From positions 64,001 to 117,885 of IMG/VR virus record IMGVR_UViG_2718218201_000002: 53,885 nt of DNA; one strand, 5' to 3'. The position numbers and the translations under genes are program-made. This document shows positions 8,805-17,806 of the stretch, piece by piece. Origin of the DNA: a virus. Taxonomy: Duplodnaviria > Heunggongvirae > Uroviricota > Caudoviricetes. Position 1 is the first letter of the stretch. Each line of letters starts with the position of its first letter. A model generated the notes under the pieces. That model searched no databases. It saw nothing but the letters and a program-made list of their open reading frames with translations, and was not told the origin of the DNA.

Positions 8805-10283
8805 ATGATTATTAGTTTAGAAAATATTGAAACTTTAGCTGAAGAGCTAGGATATAAATGTGAGGATTTAAAAAAATTAGAAAAGAACGAATATATGATG
8901 TCTGATAAGGACATTAAGATTAAACGTTTAGGTTGGGACTGTTGGCTCAGTTTCGAAAAGACAAAACCAGAACCAGTTATTTTAATTCCATGGAAGGTTG
9001 AGCGTGATAATAAGAGAAGACAAGTATGGAGACAATTTATGAATTGTTGTAATTACGCTTTGAGATATGGTGAGGAACGCACAGAAGCTATCGCCAAAGG
9101 TATTGATGAAAGCATGATGATTGAGATTGTTAGTGACCATAAATTTATCTCTCAACAAATTAAGAAGACAACCACTCCACTATCAGAAGACAACGGATTC
9201 ACGAAAACTCTTGATAAAATTGCTGATTACATCTTATTTAGTAAGTTTGATAACAAGGAGCAAGAAGAAGAGCATATTAAATTAAAAAAGCAGATTGCAC
9301 AGTTAGAAAGTAAAAAGAAAACTGAAAAGATTAAAGATAAATTATTTGATAAAAAATCTAAGAAGAAAGATACACCATATGCGAATGTTAAGCGTTTGAA
9401 AAGTTTGCCTTCACAATATTTAGTAATAAACACAGAGGACGATGAAGCGCAAGTTATTAAACCGGATTACATTATTAATTATACTCGAGTTGATAGACAA
9501 ATGGAAAAAGGGAAATTTGACGAGAGTATGGAGGCGTTTTGGGAACGTTTTTCCCCCAGCAAGCCAAACGAAATTCCGTTTTATGACAAGGAACCTATTA
9601 ATTATAAAGAGCTCGCTTTTTCTACAATGGAGCAATACATATCTGAAATTCAACAGCTTGAGGATAAACCTTTCTCTCCAAATAGAGCAAAAGTTATTTC
9701 GAATTTAAAAGGTGAGATGCGAGAAGCATTGAAGGTTTTAAGAAAAGTAATTCATTTCCAACCTAGTGTCTCAATTGATGAAGTAATCCCAGATGATGCT
9801 TGGGACTGTTTGAGTCTCAGAGACCCAGAAGTATACCGTATTTTGCTATTAAATTACAGTGAATTGTATGAAAAATATAAGTCGAAGGTTAATACCAATA
9901 TGTGGGCTTTGTTACGAACATTTGAGAGCTTGGTTGAAAAGACTAAATGGCGCAACAAAGAAGAAGAGTGTGTTGCTGACTTAATACTAAACTTCGATAT
10001 TTCTAGTTTGAATGAAATTAAAGAAGAGTTAGACCTTGCGCAAGGAATTACGTTACCTAATTCAACCTTATCTAAAATAATTAATACACATATCCCTTCA
10101 AGAATCGCTTCTACTTATGAAAAACAACTAGAAGATTGGATTTGGATTCATAGACGAAAAGGAAAGTATAAAACATGTAGCTCTTGCGGTGAAGTCAAAT
10201 TGGCAGTTGATACTAGATATTTTAAGCCTAGAAAAGATAGTAAGGACGGCTTACAAGGAATTTGTCGTGATTGCATAGCATAA
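8805..10283 (+). CDS. Putative phage transcription factor (sigma region-4-like HTH plus C-terminal Cys4 zinc finger)
   Basis: 492 aa; SLNEIKEELD...NSTLSKIIN is HTH-like; CSSC...CRDC at the C-terminus; first gene of the rightward block. Function inferred. Confidence 0.5.
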   Translation: MIISLENIETLAEELGYKCEDLKKLEKNEYMMSDKDIKIKRLGWDCWLSFEKTKPEPVILIPWKVERDNKRRQVWRQFMNCCNYALRYGEERTEAIAKGIDESMMIEIVSDHKFISQQIKKTTTPLSEDNGFTKTLDKIADYILFSKFDNKEQEEEHIKLKKQIAQLESKKKTEKIKDKLFDKKSKKKDTPYANVKRLKSLPSQYLVINTEDDEAQVIKPDYIINYTRVDRQMEKGKFDESMEAFWERFSPSKPNEIPFYDKEPINYKELAFSTMEQYISEIQQLEDKPFSPNRAKVISNLKGEMREALKVLRKVIHFQPSVSIDEVIPDDAWDCLSLRDPEVYRILLLNYSELYEKYKSKVNTNMWALLRTFESLVEKTKWRNKEEECVADLILNFDISSLNEIKEELDLAQGITLPNSTLSKIINTHIPSRIASTYEKQLEDWIWIHRRKGKYKTCSSCGEVKLAVDTRYFKPRKDSKDGLQGICRDCIA

Positions 10284-10405
10284 CTGACTTTTCGTTACGA
10301 AATCGTGAAATTTTCCTACTTTTATAGACAATATATAGTGAAGGGGTATCACAATCGTTGAGATTCACTGATACTAACCTTAACGAAAATAAATTATTAT
10401 ACATA

Positions 10406-10470
10406 ATCAAGGAGGTTGCCCCTTGATTGGCAGAGTAACCTCCGTTTATATAGTTTTTTAAGCCAATCAA
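10406..10470 (+). promoter_or_regulatory. Predicted H-type pseudoknot / alternative-fold element in the 5' UTR of the HU-like gene
   Basis: S1 10411-10419/10435-10443; S2 10423-10431/10462-10470; competing stem 10406-10412/10421-10427. Confidence 0.45.
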
Positions 10471-10500
10471 AAATAATAAAAGTTATAGGAGAGATTCATA

Positions 10501-10836
10501 ATGGGAGTACGCTTATCAAAAAATTTAGTTATTAAGGAATTACAAGAACAATGTGCAGACTTAGGTGTAAAACTTAGTCTAGAAGAAACACGTAAAGTTA
10601 TTACGGCTTTTGAACATACAATTGAGGAAGCTATTTTAGCAGCAGACTCAAAAGAGTATGATTCTTTTGGTTTTTCATTTGGTCAATTCAAAGTTATTGA
10701 TGTACCACAACGTTCAGGACACTCTAGTTTATTTGGTAAAGACTGGGTAACTGGAGCGCACAAGCGAGTACATTTACAATTCTCAGCACCGCTTAAACGC
10801 CGCTTAAAAGAAGAAACTTTAAAACCAGTTGAATAA
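10501..10836 (+). CDS. HU/IHF-like histone-like DNA-binding protein (SPbeta YonN-like position)
   Basis: FGQFKVIDVPQRSG...AHKRVHLQFSAPLKRRLK matches the HU beta-arm pattern; SD AGGAGA. Confidence 0.75.
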   Translation: MGVRLSKNLVIKELQEQCADLGVKLSLEETRKVITAFEHTIEEAILAADSKEYDSFGFSFGQFKVIDVPQRSGHSSLFGKDWVTGAHKRVHLQFSAPLKRRLKEETLKPVE

Positions 10837-10855
10837 TTGAAAGGAGATAGAAAAC

Positions 10856-11041
10856 TTGGCTAAATTAACTAACACTGTTTCTTTTAAAAATGCAATTATT
10901 GATTTTGAAAACGACACAATTACAGAGGTCACTAAAGATACAGAATCGACTTTTAAGTTATCAGAAATTATTAATCGATTCGAAAATAAATATGTTTCAT
11001 TTTCTATCAAAGAAGATACAGAAGTCTTTGGAGATGAATAA
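10856..11041 (+). CDS. YonK-family protein
   Basis: 61 aa; ITEVTKDTESTFKLSEIINRFENKYVSFSIKED resembles SPbeta YonK; syntenic; SD AAAGGAG. Confidence 0.7.
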   Translation: MAKLTNTVSFKNAIIDFENDTITEVTKDTESTFKLSEIINRFENKYVSFSIKEDTEVFGDE

Positions 11042-11043
11042 TC

Positions 11044-12252
11044 ATGAATATGTTTCGTAAAGAAGGCGAATCATTCGCTGAATATCAGTATCGTTTATAC
11101 GAAGATAGAGAGGATTTAGGATTAAGCAACCAACAAATAGCTGACCTCTTAAATCACGAAAATAATACTGAGTATGACGAGTCTAAATATCGAAAAGAAT
11201 ATCAAATATTTAAGAATGTGTGGGAACCTATGTTTAAGGAACAACATACGGCTGCCCTACCTAATGAATATCTTGAAGAATTAACTAAAGAACAACTCAA
11301 GATGAATGAAAAGAATCGTGCTATCACAAAAATGTTGCAAGACCAACGACGAGAATATAGAAAGTTATTAGATTTCTCTGGAAGGTTTGAACACATTAAG
11401 GACGAGATTTTCAGCAATATTTCAGCTTTACCAACAATACCAACACCCCCTGCTTTTCCGACCGTTGAGGAACAAGATAAAGAGCTTATTGTTCTCATGT
11501 CAGATTGGCATATTGGCGCAGAGTATGATGGTCGTTTTGGTAAATATAATGTCAAAATTGCGAAAGAACGAGTTCGTTACTATCTTTCAGAAGTATTGAA
11601 CGAAATTAAGATACATGGACATAACAAAGTACATTTAGCGCATTTAGGAGACGGTATCGGTGGTAATATTCATATTTCAAGCCGTGTAGCCGCTTCTGAG
11701 GACGCTGTACAACAATTAATGATTTTATGTGAGTTACTTACTGAGTTTGTGTCCGAGGTTGCCAAAGTTGTACCAGATGTTTCAGTTTATTCAGTTGTTG
11801 GGAATCACGGAAGGTTAATCCCACAGAAAGACGCTGTTAGAAGTCACGAAGAGAACTTTGAAAAGTTAATAATTTGGCATCTTCAAGCTAGGTTAGCAAA
11901 CTATAAGAACATCACTTTTTACGAGGACAGAGATGGATTAGTGGAAGCTAATGTCTTAGGAGAGAGCGTAGTATTTGCTCACGGTGATTTGGATAAAATT
12001 GCTAATGGTTCAGACAAACTAGCGCAAATGTTATCATATGTTCCTCAATGGATTTTTATCGGTCATGTACACCATTCTTTTGAGAAAAATTTTGGCATCA
12101 CGACTGTTATTGTTAATCCAAGCGGAATTGGGCATGACTCTTACAGTGCTTCAGGACGATTTGGTGGTCGTGCTGGACAAAAGATAGTTACATTTGAGAA
12201 ATCGAAACTTGGTGGAATTAATCACTCAGTTAAATTGATTAACTTTAACTAG
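11044..12252 (+). CDS. Calcineurin-like metallophosphoesterase with N-terminal helical extension (YonJ-like)
   Basis: Motifs DWHIG, GDGIGG, GNHG, HGD, GHVH. Confidence 0.85.
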   Translation: MNMFRKEGESFAEYQYRLYEDREDLGLSNQQIADLLNHENNTEYDESKYRKEYQIFKNVWEPMFKEQHTAALPNEYLEELTKEQLKMNEKNRAITKMLQDQRREYRKLLDFSGRFEHIKDEIFSNISALPTIPTPPAFPTVEEQDKELIVLMSDWHIGAEYDGRFGKYNVKIAKERVRYYLSEVLNEIKIHGHNKVHLAHLGDGIGGNIHISSRVAASEDAVQQLMILCELLTEFVSEVAKVVPDVSVYSVVGNHGRLIPQKDAVRSHEENFEKLIIWHLQARLANYKNITFYEDRDGLVEANVLGESVVFAHGDLDKIANGSDKLAQMLSYVPQWIFIGHVHHSFEKNFGITTVIVNPSGIGHDSYSASGRFGGRAGQKIVTFEKSKLGGINHSVKLINFN

Positions 12253-13279
12253 CTTATACATATTTTACATCAACGACAACGCCCCATTCCTTTTTTAGGC
12301 AGATACGCTCTGATATGGAAATATTACATATAAACGCCTGTCGTACGAAAAACCCTCCCGTTTAATTGAACGTTAATATTTGTGGAGAACTATCTGGTAT
12401 CAGGTTTGAGATAGTAATTTAACATTAAGTTGGATATACGAGAGGTACCGTATGTCGCCCGACAGAGGCTTTGTATCTGATTGTTGGTCTCACTGGGGAC
12501 TCCTCCCAGTCAGTATCTGCTCACTAATTCCGTGTGAAAATACCTTTTCACATCTGTGCCTAAAATTATTTAAAGAATATAGGTGAACCATACCTACTTT
12601 CCAGACAGGGATAGCTCAAAATTAGGTAGCGCCTTGAGAGTGAAACAAGTTGGATAGCTTTATATTTAGAAGAAGTGTCATAGAATATAAAGTGATGGCT
12701 TAAGATACAGAGCCTTGAATACAAGGTATCAGACACTTGGTGTGTAACTCAAGTTTAGATGTTGTCTGAGTTATAACATACGGGGAGTTGATACTTACCG
12801 TATAGCTTGGTAAGCCCCCATAATTCAACAAAACGTCTAATTTATTCTTTACCTATGGTTTGGGATTTACAAAGGTTTTCTGTAATGAACCCTATAATCA
12901 GTGCATAAAGCAAGGGGACATAATATCCAAGTATTTAACTAATACTTATTTCGTTGAAACATTTGACAACGAGTTTATTATGTCACCATATTCATAAGGA
13001 AATAAACTATATGTTTGTAAACTTTGTGGCAAAGTCATAAAGTCTAGTTTTTATCTATTCGTTTATTGAAACAGACGTGTGGAAATAAACTTAATTTGCT
13101 TTGTGGACACACAAGCGAACTCTCTTTCTCCAGCTGTAAAAACTTTACACTTTGTCAGTGGAAGTTTCTGGTTTTAAACTGACAATTTTATATTTTAGTG
13201 CCGAGCGCAAAAAGCGTAAGAATCAAACTCCTTTAATACAATAGGTTGCCATAACATAGTGTAAAAATGTTTGAAACAC

Positions 13280-13420
13280 TCAATCAGCACGTTTTCGGTT
13301 AGGCTGATGTCTTATAATTAAACATTCAAAACTGTGCCTAAAATGACCGTATGGTTTTGGACATGGTTTTGGACATGGTTTTGAGTGTTTAATAACGCTC
13401 TCGTTTCTTTTTCTTTCCAT
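13280..13420 (-). CDS. Candidate 46-aa antisense small protein with KPCP repeats
   Basis: SD GAAAGGGG 7 nt before ATG; MERKRNESVIKHSKPCPKPCPKPYGHFRHSFECLIIRHQPNRKRAD. Confidence 0.35.
   Translation of the reverse strand: MERKRNESVIKHSKPCPKPCPKPYGHFRHSFECLIIRHQPNRKRAD
13351..13384. repeat. 12-bp tandem repeat ATGGTTTTGGAC, about 2.8 copies
   Basis: Directly visible. Confidence 0.95.
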
Positions 13421-13440
13421 GATAATTCCCCTTTCATTTT

Positions 13441-13465
13441 ACCGACTATATATGGTCGGTTTTTT
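13441..13465 (+). terminator. Rho-independent terminator
   Basis: ACCGAC/GTCGGT stem followed by a T-run. Confidence 0.7.
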
Positions 13466-13544
13466 GTTGGTTGGACGATGGTCTCCCCTTACCTCTCTCC
13501 TACCATCGCCCACCGAACAAAAAAATAATTAGGTGGTGTTTTGT

Positions 13545-14429
13545 GTGGCAATTAGAGATGCCAAAGTTGAAAAAATTAAAACATGTGTTCACTGCAACAG
13601 AAACCTAGTTAGAGATACTAATTTTATATCAATAAATGGTAAAAACGCCGCTTTCCCAGATGGATATTATCCAGTGTGTAAGCGTTGTATAGAAGAGCTA
13701 GTAAATGAGCCTGTTGAGGGATATAAAAACTTTATAAACGTACTTATGGGTGTTAATCGACCGTACAAAGAAGAAGAATTTAATAAAGTAGGACGACAAA
13801 GATATAAATACTTAGTAAGAAAAAATCCTACACGAAATAAGGAGTTGTTTATTGAATCAGATAGATTCTTTAATGCATATGAAGCAAAACTTACAGAGGA
13901 TACAATTGAAAAACTAACCCCCGAGGAGTTAAGAGATTGTCAATTGTATTGGGGAGAAGAATATGTTGAAGATGAATATTTGTTCTTAATAAGCAGATAT
14001 GAAGACTACTGTAACGCTTACGACGTTGATACACCAACGTTTCAAAATATTATCACTCAGATTTGTCAATTAGAGCTTGATATTAGGAAGAAACGTATAA
14101 AGTCAGTTAATACAAAAGATGAAACTAAAATGATTATGGACTTAATGAGGACAGCTGGTATCGCCCCTTCTCAAGAAAAAGCAAGTAAGACTAATGAGAA
14201 TGAAACATTTGGAGTCATGGTTAAACGTTGGGAAAACGAGAAACCAGTACCAGAAGTGCTACCAGAATTTAAAGATATTGATAATATTGAAAAATACATG
14301 AGAAACAATTTCTTATCGCCTATGTTGACTTCATTAGAAGCTGACAATCCTTATGAAGAAGAATACCAAGAACATGTAGAGAAATATGGTATCTCTGAGG
14401 ACGAGTTATTAGGGAGTAATAAAGAATAA
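13545..14429 (+). CDS. Putative terminase small subunit (Zn-finger, YonG-like position)
   Basis: GTG start after SD AGGTGG; CVHC...CKRC motifs; overlaps the terL start. Assigned by position. Confidence 0.65.
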   Translation: MAIRDAKVEKIKTCVHCNRNLVRDTNFISINGKNAAFPDGYYPVCKRCIEELVNEPVEGYKNFINVLMGVNRPYKEEEFNKVGRQRYKYLVRKNPTRNKELFIESDRFFNAYEAKLTEDTIEKLTPEELRDCQLYWGEEYVEDEYLFLISRYEDYCNAYDVDTPTFQNIITQICQLELDIRKKRIKSVNTKDETKMIMDLMRTAGIAPSQEKASKTNENETFGVMVKRWENEKPVPEVLPEFKDIDNIEKYMRNNFLSPMLTSLEADNPYEEEYQEHVEKYGISEDELLGSNKE

Positions 14430-16240
14430 TGGGCTTTAGTGTAAGTAACGGTACTCATAGAAGTCAATATCACTCTAAAGTAAATTTATTCAAGTTAAGA
14501 CGTAATCATAGAAAAACAGAATCAAAGTCTGTATCAGCTATGAAGAATATAGCTATATGGATAGCTTATTACAGAGAAAACCCACATAGATTTGTGTTGG
14601 AATTTTTGAATATTAATCTTAAACCATTCCAATGTGTGCTTTTGTGGGCGATGATACAACATCATTACTTTGTATTTATTGCCTCGAGAGGTATTGGTAA
14701 GTCCTTCTTGTCTGCGGTGTATTGCGTAACTAGATGCGTACTTTTTCCGGGTACAAAGATAGTTGTTACAGCCCCTACTAAGTCACAAGGTATCTTGATT
14801 CTTGAGAAGATTGAGAATGAAATTTTGCCTAATGCCCCATTGTTACAAAGAGAAATAGCTGAATTAAAGACTGGTAATCAAAAACCAATTATTGTATTTC
14901 AAAACGGTAGTTGGATTAGAGTAGCTGCTTCAAATGACAACGCTCGTGGTTATCGTGCTAATTTGCTTTTGGTTGACGAGTTTGTAAAAGTTGACCCTGA
15001 TATTATTAACTCGGTATTTAAAAAGATGTTGACGTCACAACGTGAACCGTTATTCTTGACTAAACCAGAATACAAAGATTACAAACGTGAAGAAAATATG
15101 CAAATGTATTTATCTTCAGCATGGTATAAGTCTCACTGGGGATATACTACAACATTAAACTATACAAAACATATGTTGAAGAAAAAGAGTGAAGACGCAT
15201 TAAAGTCATTTGTTTGTCATGTCCCCTACTACACCGGTGTACAAGAGAAATTATATTCGCATGAAAGTATGAAGGCTGAAGCACAAGCTGATGGTTTCAC
15301 TAAGATGAAATTTGCTATGGAAATGGAAGCTCGTTGGTGGGGAGAATCAGAGTCAGCTTTCTTTAATTTCAACAAGATTGATATTAACAGAAAAATTACT
15401 GATGCTTTTTATCCAAGAGAGGTTACTGAGCACACAAACATAGTAAACCCTAAAAAAGAGCCAAAAGAAAAAAGGATACTATCTGTCGATGTCGCTCGTA
15501 TGGGTGGTAACTCAAATGACGCTTCTGTGTTTAGCTTGATTAGGTTGGTACCTAAGAATAAGCAATATGAACGGCAACTGGTTTATATGCAAGACATGGA
15601 AGGAGAAGACTTCCTAACTCAAGCAATAAGAATTAGACAGCTTTATGATGATTTTGATTGCGACTATATCGTACTCGATTCAAGAAACGTTGGATTTGGT
15701 ATCTTGGATAACTTGAGGGTACCATTGTTAGACACTGAGCGTGGTGTCGAATATGAGCCCTTAAACGTATATAACGATGATAAATTAGCAGCTACATCAA
15801 AATTTCCTGAAGCTCCGAGAGTAATCTACACAATTAATGCAACTAACGAGAAAAATATGGAAATGGCTAACTTGTTAGCTGACAACTTTATGCGTGGCAA
15901 GTTTAGATTACTAATAAGAGAAGAGTTAGCCGAAGAATTAATGAGAAACAATAATAAAATAAAATTCTCGCAACTAAAGAACAACATTCAAGCATTACTA
16001 AAATATCCGTTTAGACAAACAGAATTGTTTATTAACGAAGCGATGAACTTGGAACAAGTCAACATGGAAGGCGGAGCTTTCAAACTTGTTACATACGGAA
16101 CGGCACGTAAGGATAGATACTCTTCTGTATCTTATGGAAACCAATTTGCTACCGTTCTAGAACGTGAGTTACAACGTACTACAAAAACAACAAACTTTAG
16201 AAACTTTGGTTCAATGAGAAAACCAAAAGCAATAGTATAG
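14429..16240 (+). CDS. terL: Terminase large subunit
   Basis: Walker A ASRGIGKS, Walker B LLLVDEF, RNase H-like nuclease ILSVDVAR...NDASV...KDRYS. Confidence 0.95.
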   Translation: MGFSVSNGTHRSQYHSKVNLFKLRRNHRKTESKSVSAMKNIAIWIAYYRENPHRFVLEFLNINLKPFQCVLLWAMIQHHYFVFIASRGIGKSFLSAVYCVTRCVLFPGTKIVVTAPTKSQGILILEKIENEILPNAPLLQREIAELKTGNQKPIIVFQNGSWIRVAASNDNARGYRANLLLVDEFVKVDPDIINSVFKKMLTSQREPLFLTKPEYKDYKREENMQMYLSSAWYKSHWGYTTTLNYTKHMLKKKSEDALKSFVCHVPYYTGVQEKLYSHESMKAEAQADGFTKMKFAMEMEARWWGESESAFFNFNKIDINRKITDAFYPREVTEHTNIVNPKKEPKEKRILSVDVARMGGNSNDASVFSLIRLVPKNKQYERQLVYMQDMEGEDFLTQAIRIRQLYDDFDCDYIVLDSRNVGFGILDNLRVPLLDTERGVEYEPLNVYNDDKLAATSKFPEAPRVIYTINATNEKNMEMANLLADNFMRGKFRLLIREELAEELMRNNNKIKFSQLKNNIQALLKYPFRQTELFINEAMNLEQVNMEGGAFKLVTYGTARKDRYSSVSYGNQFATVLERELQRTTKTTNFRNFGSMRKPKAIV

Positions 16241-16259
16241 AAAGGTGTGAGTAAGTTCG

Positions 16260-17804
16260 TTGGAAGATAAAAAAGATATTACTAAATTTCAAGAATACAT
16301 AAGAAATTATTCTACTGCAAGAAAACTACCTTTAGCAAATCACCACAGCCTTTCAGCTTTGTATAACACTTCTAGAACCTCACTTGATGAAGTTTCTATT
16401 GTAGATGTTTTAAAGTGGATTAGAAAGCCTGAAAAGTTTTATAGCAATCTAATTAAACTATCTAATGTGTTGTATAAAACTTCTGGTGAATATCGCAGTT
16501 TGCTAAACTATTACATCAATATGGCTCGCTTTTATTATGTTTTAAATCCGATTCATAATGACACTAAAGCTATGGGAGAAAATAAAGTAAAAAAAGACTT
16601 ATCTAAATTATCCATACAACTTAATAAAATGAATCTTAAACATGAGTTATCCAAGGTTTTTAAGACTTGTGTAATTGAAGATATTTATTTCGGTTATGAG
16701 ATAGAAGATAACGATAATTACTTCTTACTTAAATTAGACCCTAACTATTGTAAAATCAATGGAATTGCTGATGGTATGTATACATTTACTTTCAATTTGA
16801 CTTATTTTGAAAATCGAACAGAATTGTTGGCTACATTCCCAGAAGAATTTCAAAGAGCTTACAAAATCATGAAGATTAATAATGGTGAAAGATGGTTTGA
16901 ACCAGATTTTACAAAATCTGTATGCTTTAAATTTAATGAAGATGACGTGGAAATTTTCCCACCGTTTTCAGCAATGTTTGAACCGCTGTTGGAGTTGAAT
17001 GACTACAAAAAGTTAAAAAAAGCTGGAGCTAAAATTAATAATTATATGTTATTACACCAAAAAGTTCCAATGTTTGATAACAAGAACAACGATTATCAAG
17101 CTGATAACTTTTCAATTTCTTCTGATGCCTTAGATTATTTCAGCATGTTGGTGAATGAAAATCTACCGGAAGAAATCGGAGCTATTGTATCCCCAATGGA
17201 GATTAATCCTATTAAATTAGACAAAGATGATAAGAGCGATAAAGTTCAGGAAGCAACACGTGATGTTTATAATTCGTCTGGTGTTTCAGCCCACATTTTT
17301 AACAACGATAAGAACTCAACTGGTGGATTACAATATTCTGTGAAGAAAGATGAACAATTAGTTATTAACTTTTACAGACAAGTGGAACGTTGGTTGAACA
17401 GAAAAATTAGATTTGGAAATATTGTGGCAAAAACTCAATGGCGTGTTACTTTACTGAACGTAACTGCTATGAGTGAGGATAAATATTTAGAACAATTAAT
17501 TAAGTCTGGAACTCTAGGGTTCGCTGTTAGAGGTGAAATAGCAGCGATGCATGGGCAAGATTATCATACGTTAATGACCACCCTTGAATTAGAGAATGAG
17601 ATTCTTGATTTAGATGTCAAGATGGTTCCGTTAGCTAGTTCTCATACTGGAGGAATCAATAAAGCATTAGAGAATAAGAATGAAACTGATTCTAAAGGTG
17701 GGCGTCCTCAAAAGGAAAGCGATGAGATTAGTCAAAGTGGACAAACAAATATTGATTCATCACAAGGAAGAGATGAAGAGAGTTCTTTAAAAGGTGGTGA
17801 ATAA
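16260..17804 (+). CDS. Portal protein
   Basis: 514 aa gene directly after terL, with portal-like size and composition. Confidence 0.85.
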   Translation: MEDKKDITKFQEYIRNYSTARKLPLANHHSLSALYNTSRTSLDEVSIVDVLKWIRKPEKFYSNLIKLSNVLYKTSGEYRSLLNYYINMARFYYVLNPIHNDTKAMGENKVKKDLSKLSIQLNKMNLKHELSKVFKTCVIEDIYFGYEIEDNDNYFLLKLDPNYCKINGIADGMYTFTFNLTYFENRTELLATFPEEFQRAYKIMKINNGERWFEPDFTKSVCFKFNEDDVEIFPPFSAMFEPLLELNDYKKLKKAGAKINNYMLLHQKVPMFDNKNNDYQADNFSISSDALDYFSMLVNENLPEEIGAIVSPMEINPIKLDKDDKSDKVQEATRDVYNSSGVSAHIFNNDKNSTGGLQYSVKKDEQLVINFYRQVERWLNRKIRFGNIVAKTQWRVTLLNVTAMSEDKYLEQLIKSGTLGFAVRGEIAAMHGQDYHTLMTTLELENEILDLDVKMVPLASSHTGGINKALENKNETDSKGGRPQKESDEISQSGQTNIDSSQGRDEESSLKGGE

Positions 17805-17806
17805 AA

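Larger units (their letters stand above)
12290..13466 (+). ncRNA. Candidate large, highly structured non-coding RNA
   Basis: About 1.2 kb with no long ORF, more than 15 hand-identified stems, long-range and crossing pairings, ending at an intrinsic terminator. Strand inferred from operon direction and the terminator. Confidence 0.65.

Noticed and set aside
8798-8815. Mini-ORF MKDDY overlapping the start of ORF 8805
   Set aside because: Only 4 nt from the SD with no other support; probably incidental.
12607-12660. tRNA-like start GGGATAGCTCAAAATTAGGTAGCG
   Set aside because: Resembles a D-arm but lacks a T-loop (GTTCRA) and a closing acceptor stem; treated as part of the larger RNA.
12460-12716. 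Group I or group II intron
   Set aside because: CAGAGGCT and AAGATACAG loosely recall the R/S elements, but there is no convincing P7 core or domain V, and no gene is interrupted.
13351-13384. CRISPR array
   Set aside because: 12-bp head-to-tail repeat without spacers; no cas genes in the window.
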